Sequence record: NC_070963.1
Length of the DNA stretch: 64,000 nucleotides
Direction: 5' to 3' (one strand)
The position numbers and the translations under genes were made by a program. Shown here in pieces: positions 10,537-20,069 of the stretch. Positions within the stretch are counted from its first letter, which is position 1; each line of letters begins with the position of its first letter. The notes beneath the pieces were generated by a model, which saw nothing but the letters and a program-made list of their open reading frames with translations, searched no databases and was not told where the DNA came from.

Positions 10537-10704
10537 ATGGAAGAACTTATCGACTTGATCGCATCTGATGGATCTCCATCAGATGTTTCTGACAAAATTA
10601 AAGAATTGCTATATGCAAAATCTGCTGATAGAGTAGATTCTGCTCGACCAGAAGTTGCAGCAATGATGTTTGGTGATAATAATCAAACAGGAGATAATGA
10701 ATAA
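10537..10704 (+). CDS. Small acidic protein (55 aa), possible prohead core protein (gp67 position)
   Basis: Manually translated MEELIDLIASDGSPSDVSDKIKELLYAKSADRVDSARPEVAAMMFGDNNQTGDNE; not in ORF track; syntenic position after portal. Confidence 0.65.
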   Translation: MEELIDLIASDGSPSDVSDKIKELLYAKSADRVDSARPEVAAMMFGDNNQTGDNE

Positions 10705-11231
10705 TGGCAATAAAAGTTGTTCAAAATGTAAATAGAATTTCTCCTACAGTTTCTGTAGCAGCAACAAGCAATCCTATTGCATTAAAAAGTGGTTATATTA
10801 GAGTTGCTGCAGGATTGACTGCAGTATATGTAGAAACTGGAGGAAATCCAGTTGCAACTACAAATTCTTTTTATATTTCACCATATGCTAATGAAGTATT
10901 AAAAGAAAGAATTGCAAAACAACAAATTATTGGAATTACTACAGGAACATCTACTGTAATTACATTTAATAATAATGCGGGTAATCCATTTTTAGTTGGA
11001 GATTATGTAACAATTGAGAATGCTCAACCTTCAGGAATAAATACAGTTCACCAGTTAGTAACCGCAACTACTGACGGAACAGTTACTATTGCTGCTAATA
11101 CTTCAGCAGTAGTTGGTGTAATTACTGCTACAGGTTCTACTTTATCCAGAAGTGTAAAAGTTTCAGCTCTTGCAGATAGTAATTCAACAAATTTAAGTAT
11201 TACAGAAGTAGTTCAATTAGTTTCCGAATAA
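10704..11231 (+). CDS. Hypothetical structural protein
   Basis: ORF between portal and prohead protease, T/A/V-rich. Confidence 0.6.
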   Translation: MAIKVVQNVNRISPTVSVAATSNPIALKSGYIRVAAGLTAVYVETGGNPVATTNSFYISPYANEVLKERIAKQQIIGITTGTSTVITFNNNAGNPFLVGDYVTIENAQPSGINTVHQLVTATTDGTVTIAANTSAVVGVITATGSTLSRSVKVSALADSNSTNLSITEVVQLVSE

Positions 11232-11232
11232 A

Positions 11233-11883
11233 ATGAAACTCATCACAGAAGAAGTCCAACAAGTAAAGTTTATCACCGAAGGAAAAGGTGCCGATAAAAA
11301 AATGTATATTGAAGGAATTTTCCTTCAAGGTGATATTTGCAATCGTAATGGAAGAATGTATCCAATGGAAACTCTTTCACGTGAGGTGAAGAGATATACT
11401 GAGGCATTTGTCAATAAAGGACGTGCTCTTGGAGAACTCGGACATCCAGATGGACCAACAGTAAATCTTGATCGTGTTTCTCATAAAATTGTTTCCCTCA
11501 CTGCAGAGGGGACTAATTTTAAAGGTAAAGCACAACTGCTTGAAACTCCGATGGGTAAAATTGCAAAATCTTTAATTAGTGAGGGAGTTTGTCTTGGTGT
11601 TTCTTCTCGTGGTGTTGGATCACTCAAAATGACCAATGAAGGTCATAAAGTTGTTGGTGAAGATTTTATGCTTGCAACTGCTGCTGATATTGTTGCGGAT
11701 CCTTCTGCCCCAGATGCATTTGTTCAGGGGATTATGGAAGGAAAAGAATGGGTTTGGGATGGTGGAATTCTTCGTGAAAAATTTGCCGAACAAACTCAAA
11801 GAAGAATCAATACTCTCGTTGATCAAAAAATATTGGAAGAACATAAATTGAATCTTTTCAATGAATTTCTTTCAAATCTTTAA
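11233..11883 (+). CDS. gp21: Prohead maturation protease
   Basis: NRNGRMYP, ALGELGHPDGPTVNLDRVSH, GVSSRGVGS, DIVADPSAPDAFV. Confidence 0.96.
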   Translation: MKLITEEVQQVKFITEGKGADKKMYIEGIFLQGDICNRNGRMYPMETLSREVKRYTEAFVNKGRALGELGHPDGPTVNLDRVSHKIVSLTAEGTNFKGKAQLLETPMGKIAKSLISEGVCLGVSSRGVGSLKMTNEGHKVVGEDFMLATAADIVADPSAPDAFVQGIMEGKEWVWDGGILREKFAEQTQRRINTLVDQKILEEHKLNLFNEFLSNL

Positions 11884-11885
11884 AT

Positions 11886-11893
11886 TATAAATA
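11886..11893 (+). promoter_or_regulatory. T4-type late promoter TATAAATA
   Basis: Exact consensus upstream of gp22. Confidence 0.8.
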
Positions 11894-11918
11894 AATATAG
11901 ATTATAACACAATCAAAA

Positions 11919-13079
11919 ATGTCCGTTGGTAGAAATTTACAAGAAATGGAAAACGTAGTAACCAAAGGGGCTGCACCTGCCGATCCAATGAGCACCATTG
12001 CCCAGAATGCTTCTGGAGTTATGATTCCAGGACAAACTGGTAGTTGGGAAGATTTAGGCGGTCCTACCCCAGAAAATTATCGCCCAGACGATGATTCTGC
12101 AGCACTTAAAACTCCTGGAGCAACTCTTGCTCAAGTAAAGAACGTAGTTAATGCTAAAGCAGCAGCTGCTGAACCAATGCATACTATGGCAAAGGAGGAA
12201 GTTGAGGAAGATGATGATCTTGTCGATGAAGAAGAACTTGATGAAGATGAAGAAGTAGTTGCTGAAGAATCTTCTAAAAAGAAGAAGAAAGAGGAAAAAG
12301 AAGATGAAGATGAGGACGAAGATGAAGAGGATGAAATGAAGGAAGAGTTTGACATTGAAGAAGATGTCAATGCTCTTCTTGCTGGTGAAGAACTTTCTGA
12401 GGAATTCCAAGAGAAAGCACGCACCATTTTTGAAGCTGCTATTCGTTCAAAAGTTTCTGAAATTAAAGAAGAACTTCAACAGACTTATGAAAATGCTTTA
12501 GTTGAAGAAGTTCAATTTATTAAACAGGAACTTACCGAACGTGTAGATGCATACCTTGAGTATGTTGCTGACGAGTGGATTCAAGAGAATGCACTTGCAG
12601 TTGAGCACGGTCTTAAGACTGAAATGACCGAATCATTCCTTCAAGGAATGAAGAGTCTTTTTGAAGATCATTATGTAACAATCCCTGAAGATAGATATGA
12701 TGTAATCGAGAGTATGGTAGATAAACTTGATGAAATGGAAGGAAAACTCAACGAGCAAATTGAAAGAAATGTTGCTCTCAATAGAAGATTAGCAGAGTCA
12801 GTTGCTGATGTAATTTTTGCAGATGTCGCTGAGGGTCTTGCACTTTCTCAGAAGGACAAACTCGCTTCTCTTGCCGAAAATGTTGAGTTTGATGGTGAAG
12901 CAAACTATCGTGAGAAACTGGTAACTCTGAGGGAATCATACTTCCCAACAAATACTGGTACTCAAAGGGGTATCTCTGAGAACTTATCAGAAGAAGTTTC
13001 ATATGAAGGAACTGAAAATTCAGTTTCACCAATTATGGAAGCATATCTTCAGACTCTCAGTAGAGTCGCTAACAAGTGA
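11919..13079 (+). CDS. gp22: Prohead core scaffolding protein
   Basis: Very acidic, coiled-coil; FQEKARTIFEAA, YLEYVADEW, LRESYF; located between gp21 and gp23. Confidence 0.93.
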   Translation: MSVGRNLQEMENVVTKGAAPADPMSTIAQNASGVMIPGQTGSWEDLGGPTPENYRPDDDSAALKTPGATLAQVKNVVNAKAAAAEPMHTMAKEEVEEDDDLVDEEELDEDEEVVAEESSKKKKKEEKEDEDEDEDEEDEMKEEFDIEEDVNALLAGEELSEEFQEKARTIFEAAIRSKVSEIKEELQQTYENALVEEVQFIKQELTERVDAYLEYVADEWIQENALAVEHGLKTEMTESFLQGMKSLFEDHYVTIPEDRYDVIESMVDKLDEMEGKLNEQIERNVALNRRLAESVADVIFADVAEGLALSQKDKLASLAENVEFDGEANYREKLVTLRESYFPTNTGTQRGISENLSEEVSYEGTENSVSPIMEAYLQTLSRVANK

Positions 13080-13127
13080 TTTTTAAATTATAAATCAAAC
13101 AAAACTTTTTTAAAGAGGTAAAATTCA

Positions 13128-14543
13128 ATGCAGATGTACAACAACGAATATCTGCAGGAGAAGTGGGCACCGATCCTTGATTATCAAGGGATGGATCAAA
13201 TCAAAGATTCACATCGTAGAGCGGTAACTGCAATCCTGCTAGAAAACCAAGAGAGAGAACTTCGTGAAGAGCGTTCTTTCCTCAGCGAAGCATCCCCAAC
13301 CAACTCTGCCGGTACTGGTGGTTTTGGTGGTAGTGCAGCAAACACAACAGGAAGTCCTGTTGCAGGTTTCGACCCAGTTCTGATCTCACTGATCAGACGT
13401 TCAATGCCTAATCTGATCGCTTATGATCTTTGCGGCGTTCAACCAATGAATGGTCCTACCGGACTCATCTTCGCAATGCGCTCACGTTACAGCAGCCAGT
13501 CTGGAACTGAGACTTTCTACAACGAAGTAGATTCCGCATTCTCTGGTCAAAATAACAGCCGTAATCTTACTGCTGGATTCATTGATGGAACTGTTGGTTT
13601 AGGTACTACCGCACAAGGCGGATCTAATCCTTCAATTCTTGATGTTTCAAACCAAGCAAATAACGCTGCTACCGGTGCTAACCAGTACAACGTTGGCGAA
13701 GGTATGACCACTGGTAATGCCGAAGCACTTGGTGACGGAGCAAGCAACTACTTTAACGAGATGGCTTTCTCAATTGAGAAACTCACCGTTACTGCTAAGT
13801 CACGTGCTCTGAAAGCTGAGTACTCACTCGAACTTGCACAAGACCTGAAAGCAATTCATGGTCTGAATGCAGAAGCTGAGCTTGCTAACATCCTCAGCAC
13901 TGAGATCCTCGCTGAAATCAACAGAGAGATCATTCGTACCGTTTATAAGGTTGCTGTTCCTGGTGCTCAGGTCAACACTGCTACCGCTGGTACTTTTGAC
14001 CTTGACGTTGACTCCAACGGCCGTTGGTCGGTTGAGAAGTTCAAAGGTCTTATCTTCCAAATCGAGCGCGATGCAAACGCAATCGCTCAGCAAACTCGTA
14101 GAGGGAAGGGTAACATGATCCTCTGCTCTGCTGACGTTGCTTCGGCACTCACCATGGCAGGTGTTCTTGATTACACCCCTGCACTCAACGCTAACCTGAA
14201 CGTTGATGATACTGGTAACACCTTCGCTGGTGTTCTACAAGGTAAGTATCGCGTATACATCGACCCATATTCGGCAAACGTTGCTGCTAATCAGTTCTAC
14301 GTTGTCGGTTATAAGGGTGCATCTCCTTATGATGCCGGTCTCTTCTACTGCCCATACGTTCCTCTTCAGATGGTTCGTGCAGTTGGTGAGCAAACCTTCC
14401 AACCAAAAATTGGATTCAAGACTCGTTATGGAATCGTTGCTAATCCATTTGCGAAGGGTGCTACTACTCCAACCGCTCCAGACAACATTGCAACTAACTC
14501 AAACGTTTACTACAGAAGAGTCAAAGTCGCAAATCTTATGTGA
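13128..14543 (+). CDS. gp23: Major capsid protein
   Basis: GVQPMNGPTGLIFAMRSRY, KSRALKAEYSLELAQDLKAIHGLNAE, FYCPYVPLQM, PKIGFKTRYG. Confidence 0.98.
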   Translation: MQMYNNEYLQEKWAPILDYQGMDQIKDSHRRAVTAILLENQERELREERSFLSEASPTNSAGTGGFGGSAANTTGSPVAGFDPVLISLIRRSMPNLIAYDLCGVQPMNGPTGLIFAMRSRYSSQSGTETFYNEVDSAFSGQNNSRNLTAGFIDGTVGLGTTAQGGSNPSILDVSNQANNAATGANQYNVGEGMTTGNAEALGDGASNYFNEMAFSIEKLTVTAKSRALKAEYSLELAQDLKAIHGLNAEAELANILSTEILAEINREIIRTVYKVAVPGAQVNTATAGTFDLDVDSNGRWSVEKFKGLIFQIERDANAIAQQTRRGKGNMILCSADVASALTMAGVLDYTPALNANLNVDDTGNTFAGVLQGKYRVYIDPYSANVAANQFYVVGYKGASPYDAGLFYCPYVPLQMVRAVGEQTFQPKIGFKTRYGIVANPFAKGATTPTAPDNIATNSNVYYRRVKVANLM

Positions 14544-14566
14544 GTCATTTGGTTCACTAAGTTATC

Positions 14567-14595
14567 AGACCTCCTCTTTGAGGGGGTCTTTTTTT
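14567..14595 (+). terminator. Intrinsic terminator after gp23
   Basis: AGACCTCCTC-TTT-GAGGGGGTCT hairpin followed by T-run. Confidence 0.85.
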
Positions 14596-14613
14596 ATCTA
14601 AATAAAATTAAAA

Positions 14614-14784
14614 ATGAAATCGTTTCAACAATTTCAAGAAGATCTTTCTAAAAATGTAATTCGTTTGGATAAAGAATCTCAAAAGAATTTGAATAAAGCA
14701 AAAAAGGGACAAATTGGTCCAGGATCTAAACCAGTTCCACACACGCAATTTAAATTGGAACCCCTCAATATTCCTATGAAATAA
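14614..14784 (+). CDS. Small protein (56 aa) with CTS-like N-terminus (MKSFQQFQE)
   Basis: Manual translation; CTAAATA late-promoter variant at 14598-14604. Confidence 0.65.
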   Translation: MKSFQQFQEDLSKNVIRLDKESQKNLNKAKKGQIGPGSKPVPHTQFKLEPLNIPMK

Positions 14785-14786
14785 TA

Positions 14787-15329
14787 ATGACAAACGCTCT
14801 TGCAAATCAAATTTCAAATAGAAATTATCTTTCTCCTGTTGGATTTAAGTTTACTTTAGCAAAAGAACCTAAAGTTTCTTTTTTCTGCACTAATGCAAAA
14901 ATACCAGAAATAGTATTACAAACTGAAATTCAACAAAATTATTTAAAAGATATTGACGTTCCTGGGGATAAAATTACCTATGGGGATTTATCTTTAAAAT
15001 TTTTAGTTGATGAAGATATGAATAATTACATGGCAATTCATACTTGGATTACTGGTTTGGGATTTCCGGATAGTGCTCAGGATTATAGAGATTTACTTAC
15101 TAATCAAGATGATATAACTCAACCATCAGATCCCAAAAGGGCATTTAGTGATGGAAGTCTTTATATCTTAAACAGCAACTATAACACTACTGCAATTGTA
15201 AAATTTAAAGATTTATTTCCAGTATCTCTGACTTCATTGGAGTTTGATTCTAAGCAAACTGACATCCAGTACTTTACAGCAGAGGCATCTTTCAAGTATA
15301 CTATCTATGATATTACCACAGGTCTATGA
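14787..15329 (+). CDS. gp3: Tail completion / sheath stabilizer
   Basis: NRNYLSPVGFKF, FLVDEDMNNY, FKDLFPVSLTSLEFD. Confidence 0.9.
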   Translation: MTNALANQISNRNYLSPVGFKFTLAKEPKVSFFCTNAKIPEIVLQTEIQQNYLKDIDVPGDKITYGDLSLKFLVDEDMNNYMAIHTWITGLGFPDSAQDYRDLLTNQDDITQPSDPKRAFSDGSLYILNSNYNTTAIVKFKDLFPVSLTSLEFDSKQTDIQYFTAEASFKYTIYDITTGL

Positions 15330-15757
15330 CGCTTGATGAAATTCAGGAGATGTGGCAGAGAGATTCTGTTATCGATCCTGATAATTTGCACGATGAATCT
15401 TTAAAAATTCCCCAACTGCACGCAAAATATTATACCATCTATAATACCATTACGCTGTTACGTGAAAAGGCAAGAGACACATATAACAGAGTCAAACTTG
15501 AACGCTACAATTACTACTCCGGAAAGGCACCTGTAGAGGTTTATGAGGAGGAACCGTTTCCTTATAAAGTCAGAGACAAAGAGGCGTTACAGAGGCATAT
15601 GGACGCCGATGAGAAGTTGAGTAAAGTAGAACTCAAAATTAGATACTACGACATTATGTTAAAGTTTCTTGAAGAGATTATCAAAACTGTTTCGAATCGC
15701 ACGTATCAAATTAAGAATAGTATAGAATTTTTAAAGTTCACTGCCGGTTATAATTAA
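15326..15757 (+). CDS. uvsY: Recombination mediator UvsY
   Basis: SLKIPQLHAKY, RTYQIKNSIEFLKF; adjacent to uvsW. Confidence 0.88.
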   Translation: MTLDEIQEMWQRDSVIDPDNLHDESLKIPQLHAKYYTIYNTITLLREKARDTYNRVKLERYNYYSGKAPVEVYEEEPFPYKVRDKEALQRHMDADEKLSKVELKIRYYDIMLKFLEEIIKTVSNRTYQIKNSIEFLKFTAGYN

Positions 15758-15789
15758 TCAAATAAATATTCATAACTGATACTTTATGA

Positions 15790-17253
15790 ATGTCCCATTT
15801 GATTATCTCAAAAAAGAATGAGGTATATCTTCAGGTTGAGGCAGAAGCACACGTCTATTACGAATTAAGAGACGCATTTCAATTTGAAGTTCCAAATGCA
15901 AAGTTTGCCCCCGCTTATAAGAATAAGTGGTGGGACGGACATATCTATTTGTTTAATGTCAATACTCACGAAATCTATGTTGGTTTATTAGATAAACTCA
16001 TTAGATTTTGTGAGCAACACAATTATACTTATGAGTTTAAAAACAATAAGTATTATGGTCTTCCGTTTGAAGTCAATGAAATGATTTCAAAAGAAGGTGT
16101 GAAGGATTATATGACTTCTATTTCAAAGTATGCTCCCCGCGATTATCAAGTTGAGGGAGTATACGACGCTTTAAGACATAATCGCAAGTTGTTGATATCT
16201 CCAACTGCTTCTGGAAAGTCGTTGATGATATATTCGATTGTGAGATATTACGTTGAGAAAGGACAAAATACTCTGATAGTCGTTCCAACGACATCCCTTG
16301 TAGAGCAGATGTATAAAGATTTTGCAGATTATGGGTGGGATGTGGGTTCATTTTGCCACAAGATTTATGCTGGAAAAGAGAGAGAAACTGACTCGCAAGT
16401 TATTATTACAACTTGGCAATCAATCTACAAACTACCTAAACAATACTTTTCAAGATTTAATGTGGTAGTCGGAGATGAAGCACATAATTTCAAGTCCAAG
16501 TCATTAGTATCTATAATGACAAAACTTTTCGATGCCAAATATCGTTTTGGATTTACTGGAACACTTGATGGTACACAAACTCATAAGTGGGTTCTAGAAG
16601 GATTATTCGGACCTTCCTATAAGATTATTAAAACTGATGAGTTAATGAAAAAGGGTCACGTTGCAACTCTTGATATTAACATTTTGTTACTTAAACATTC
16701 CCCAAATCGATTTGAAAACTTTGAAGAGGAAGTTCAATATATCATTAATCACGAAAAACGTAACAAATTCATTAAAAATCTTGCTCTTGATTTGAAAGGA
16801 AACACTCTCATTCTATTTTCAAGAGTTGAAGGTCACGGGCAACCTTTATACGAACTCATAAATAATAGCAAAACTGGCAACCGTCAAGTTTTCTTTGTTC
16901 ATGGTGGAGTAGATACTGAAGACCGAGAAAAAATAAGAGAAATTACTGAAAAGGAAAATAATGCAATCATCGTTGCTTCTTACGGCACTTTTTCTACTGG
17001 TATTAACATCAGAAATTTACATAATGTTATCTTTGCTTCCCCTAGTAAATCAAGAATCAGAAACCTCCAATCAATCGGAAGAGTCCTAAGAAAAGGAAAC
17101 AATAAAACAAAAGCAACTCTGTATGATATTGCTGATGATATTAGTTACAAGTCAAGAAAAAATTATACACTTAATCACTTAATCGAACGAATCAAAGTCT
17201 ATAATGAAGAAAACTTTAATTATGATATTGTAAACATACCTTTTAAGAACTAA
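15790..17253 (+). CDS. uvsW: SF2 DNA/RNA helicase UvsW
   Basis: SPTASGKS, GDEAH, GFTGT, QSIGRVLR helicase motifs. Confidence 0.95.
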   Translation: MSHLIISKKNEVYLQVEAEAHVYYELRDAFQFEVPNAKFAPAYKNKWWDGHIYLFNVNTHEIYVGLLDKLIRFCEQHNYTYEFKNNKYYGLPFEVNEMISKEGVKDYMTSISKYAPRDYQVEGVYDALRHNRKLLISPTASGKSLMIYSIVRYYVEKGQNTLIVVPTTSLVEQMYKDFADYGWDVGSFCHKIYAGKERETDSQVIITTWQSIYKLPKQYFSRFNVVVGDEAHNFKSKSLVSIMTKLFDAKYRFGFTGTLDGTQTHKWVLEGLFGPSYKIIKTDELMKKGHVATLDINILLLKHSPNRFENFEEEVQYIINHEKRNKFIKNLALDLKGNTLILFSRVEGHGQPLYELINNSKTGNRQVFFVHGGVDTEDREKIREITEKENNAIIVASYGTFSTGINIRNLHNVIFASPSKSRIRNLQSIGRVLRKGNNKTKATLYDIADDISYKSRKNYTLNHLIERIKVYNEENFNYDIVNIPFKN

Positions 17254-17666
17254 TGGGAGATGAGTTTTACGCAGCAATCAAATTAGTTACAGGTGAAGAA
17301 ATCTTCTCTCTCATTTCTGTTGATGAGAATGATGGAGACCCAATCATTATTCTTCAAAATCCAGTGATTATGAAAGTCTTTGCAAATCAGACTGGAACTT
17401 ATATGAAGATAAAACCTTGGATGGAAATACCTGATGATGATTTGTTTCTAATTAAACTTGATAAAATCGTTACAATGACTGAAATCAAAAATCAATCTAC
17501 GATTGATTTTTATCGTAGATACCATAGTGATGAAAGTATTGATACAGAAGTTGATGGTAAAGTTTCAATCTCTGATAAAATGGGATATCTGGGTTCTGTA
17601 GAGTCTGCTCGTAAGTCCTTAGAAGATATTTTCCTTAAGGATCTTAAAGATAATAAAGAAAGCTAA
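17253..17666 (+). CDS. Conserved hypothetical protein (Sm-like fold candidate)
   Basis: IKLVTGEEI N-terminus typical of phage Sm-like proteins; sits between uvsW and gp55. Confidence 0.55.
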   Translation: MGDEFYAAIKLVTGEEIFSLISVDENDGDPIIILQNPVIMKVFANQTGTYMKIKPWMEIPDDDLFLIKLDKIVTMTEIKNQSTIDFYRRYHSDESIDTEVDGKVSISDKMGYLGSVESARKSLEDIFLKDLKDNKES

Positions 17667-17692
17667 ATCTCATCTTGAAAAACAACAAACCT

Positions 17693-17721
17693 AGTCTACA
17701 CACATTTTTGATACTTGTCAA
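17693..17721 (-). promoter_or_regulatory. Sigma70-type promoter on minus strand (TTGACA-N17-TAGACT)
   Basis: Reverse complement reads GGGCTTGACAAGT...TAGACTAGGTTTGT; near-identical boxes at 55332-55373. Confidence 0.65.
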
Positions 17722-17744
17722 GCCCTTGTATAGTGTGGTATAAT
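17715..17744 (+). promoter_or_regulatory. Sigma70-type promoter for gp55 (TTGTCA-N18-TATAAT)
   Basis: Hexamers seen directly; TG just upstream of -10. Confidence 0.6.
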
Positions 17745-17779
17745 AACTTCATCTTATACTCATCAAAAGTAGATATGTT

Positions 17780-18256
17780 ATGCCCAAAAAGAAATCAGAA
17801 CATTATGTAAACAATAAGGAGTTACTCGAAGCATTGATTGTTTACAGAACAAAGGTTGCAGCAGCAAAAGAACAAGGACTTCCAAAACCCCGTATCACTA
17901 ATTATCTTGGTGAGTGTTTCCTGAAGATTGCGACTCACCTTTCATATAAACCCAATTTTGTTAATTATATGTTTCGGGATGATATGATTTCTGACGGCAT
18001 AGAAAATTGTGTTCAGTATATTCACAATTTTAATCCAGAGAAATCACAAAACCCCTTTGCTTATTTTACACAGATTATTCATTATGCTTTTCTTCGTCGT
18101 ATTCAAAAGGAGAAAAAGCAATTGGAAATCAAGACCAAGATTATTGAACGCACTGGTTTTGATGAGGTTATGACTGTTGATGATGGGTTGCTTTCTGGTA
18201 GCAGTTCAGACTATAACACAATTAAGGACAATGTTTCTTACAGAAATAATCTGTAA
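17780..18256 (+). CDS. gp55: Late-transcription sigma factor
   Basis: HYVNNKELL, YLGECFLKIA, NPFAYFTQIIHYAFLRRIQKEKKQ. Confidence 0.95.
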   Translation: MPKKKSEHYVNNKELLEALIVYRTKVAAAKEQGLPKPRITNYLGECFLKIATHLSYKPNFVNYMFRDDMISDGIENCVQYIHNFNPEKSQNPFAYFTQIIHYAFLRRIQKEKKQLEIKTKIIERTGFDEVMTVDDGLLSGSSSDYNTIKDNVSYRNNL

Positions 18257-18276
18257 TATTTATAATACTTTGATAT

Positions 18277-18284
18277 TATAAATA
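18277..18284 (+). promoter_or_regulatory. T4-type late promoter TATAAATA
   Basis: Exact consensus upstream of second EndoVII ORF. Confidence 0.65.
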
Positions 18285-18305
18285 ATGATAGTATTATAAA
18301 AACAT

Positions 18306-18761
18306 ATGACTACTTTTATAGGAAAACCTTGTAGAAAATGTGGAAATACTGAAAGATATTGTTCTGGAAACAAACCTTGTGTTAAATGTGTAAAAGAAAA
18401 TTCTGAACTTCGCTCTAAAAATGGTAAAAGGACTGAATGGTCTAGAAAAAATAAAGATAAAATATATTCTAAAAATAACGCCCATTATCATTCTCTAACT
18501 CCAGAACAAAAAACATTACGAAATAGGAAACAGCAAGTTTCTTTATATGGATTGACTTTGGAAGGTTATGATGCTATGCTTGAAAAACAAAATGGAGTTT
18601 GCGCTATTTGTTCTCAAAAACCTGATGGCAATTTGCACATAGACCACAATCATCAAACTAATGAAGTGCGAGGATTGCTGTGTAAAAAATGTAATATTGC
18701 AATAGGATTATTAAATGATGATATTTCTTTATTTACAAAAGCAATTCTTTACTTGACTTAA
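18306..18761 (+). CDS. Endonuclease VII-family putative homing endonuclease
   Basis: YGLTLEGYDAMLEKQNGVCAIC, HIDHNHQTNEVRGLLCKKCNIAIG. Confidence 0.88.
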   Translation: MTTFIGKPCRKCGNTERYCSGNKPCVKCVKENSELRSKNGKRTEWSRKNKDKIYSKNNAHYHSLTPEQKTLRNRKQQVSLYGLTLEGYDAMLEKQNGVCAICSQKPDGNLHIDHNHQTNEVRGLLCKKCNIAIGLLNDDISLFTKAILYLT

Positions 18762-18762
18762 T

Positions 18763-19800
18763 ATGCGTATAGCTATACTGACAGACACTCACTGGTCGGC
18801 AAGGAAAGCGTCCAGACATCTCCATGATTACTTTGAACTCTTTTATAAAAATATTTTCTTTCCTGCGTTAGAAGAGCATGGAATTGAAACAGTGATTCAT
18901 ATGGGAGATGCTTTTGATAATCGCAAAAGTATAGACTTCTGGGGTCTTGACTGGACACGAAGAGTTGTATTAGATCCTCTTTCAAAGTATAATGTTCATA
19001 TGGTTGTTGGTAATCATGACATTTTTCTTCGTAATTCTACAGAGATTAATGCTCCAGAACTTTTACTCAAAGACTATCCAAACATTAAAACTTATAGTTC
19101 ACCACAAACGGTAAAAATTGGTGGCATAGACATTATGATGGTGCCATGGATTTGTAGTGAAAACTATGATGAGACTCTGAAACAAATTAAAAAGTCCAAA
19201 GCAAAAGTTGCAATGGGACATTTAGAACTTCAAGGTTTCCGTGTGAATCGCAATCTTCTAATGGAAGAGCACGGTACTGACCCAAAGATTTTTGATAAGT
19301 TTACCAAAGTATTTTCGGGACATTATCATACTCGCTCTGATAACGGTAAAATCTTTTACTTGGGTAATACTTATGAAATGTATTGGAACGATGTAAATGA
19401 TACTCGTGGTTTCCATATTTTTGATACGGAAACATTAGAGCACACCCCAATCAATAATCCTTATAAATTATTCTATAACATTTACTATGAAGATACTCCA
19501 CATCAAGTATTTGATGCTACGGAGTATGCGAATAAGATTGTAAAAGTCATTGTACGTAAAAAATCTAAACCAAAGGATTTTGAAAAGTTCATTGATAAAC
19601 TTTATACAGTCGGCATTCAGGACCTTAAGATTATTGAAAACTTTGAGATTCAAGAAAATGAGGAGTTTGAAATCAGTGAAGATGAAAACACTCTTACGAT
19701 TCTAAATCGTTATATTGAAGAATCAGAATTTCAGTTTGATAAAAATGTAATCAAAGGTATTTTCCAAGATCTTTATAGGCAAGCTTGCGAAGTAGAATAA
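18763..19800 (+). CDS. gp47: Recombination endonuclease subunit (Mre11/SbcD-like)
   Basis: TDTHW, GDAFD, VGNHD, GHL, SGHYH metallophosphoesterase motifs. Confidence 0.95.
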   Translation: MRIAILTDTHWSARKASRHLHDYFELFYKNIFFPALEEHGIETVIHMGDAFDNRKSIDFWGLDWTRRVVLDPLSKYNVHMVVGNHDIFLRNSTEINAPELLLKDYPNIKTYSSPQTVKIGGIDIMMVPWICSENYDETLKQIKKSKAKVAMGHLELQGFRVNRNLLMEEHGTDPKIFDKFTKVFSGHYHTRSDNGKIFYLGNTYEMYWNDVNDTRGFHIFDTETLEHTPINNPYKLFYNIYYEDTPHQVFDATEYANKIVKVIVRKKSKPKDFEKFIDKLYTVGIQDLKIIENFEIQENEEFEISEDENTLTILNRYIEESEFQFDKNVIKGIFQDLYRQACEVE

Positions 19801-20069
19801 TGTTTCTTCTCACTCTCAAAAATAGAAAAGACGACGGAGCATACGCAGTTCAAAACCGATATGGTGAAAAGGTCTTATTTTTGTTTGAGGAAGAAGATGA
19901 TGCAACTCGATACGCTTTAATGTTGGAAGATCAAGAAAAAACTATAATGGATGTTGTAGAAGTTGATGATGAACTTGCAATAAAGACATGTAAACGCTAT
20001 AATTATAAGTATGCTGTGATCACTCCTGACGATATCGTAATTCCTCCTAAAAATGTTAGTATTTCATAA
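19785..20069 (+). CDS. Conserved hypothetical protein
   Basis: ORF between gp47 and gp46; LFEEEDDATRY motif. Confidence 0.65.
   Translation: MRSRIMFLLTLKNRKDDGAYAVQNRYGEKVLFLFEEEDDATRYALMLEDQEKTIMDVVEVDDELAIKTCKRYNYKYAVITPDDIVIPPKNVSIS

Noticed and set aside
12190-12370. GAA/GAT-rich repeat tract
   Set aside because: Encodes the normal acidic region of scaffold gp22
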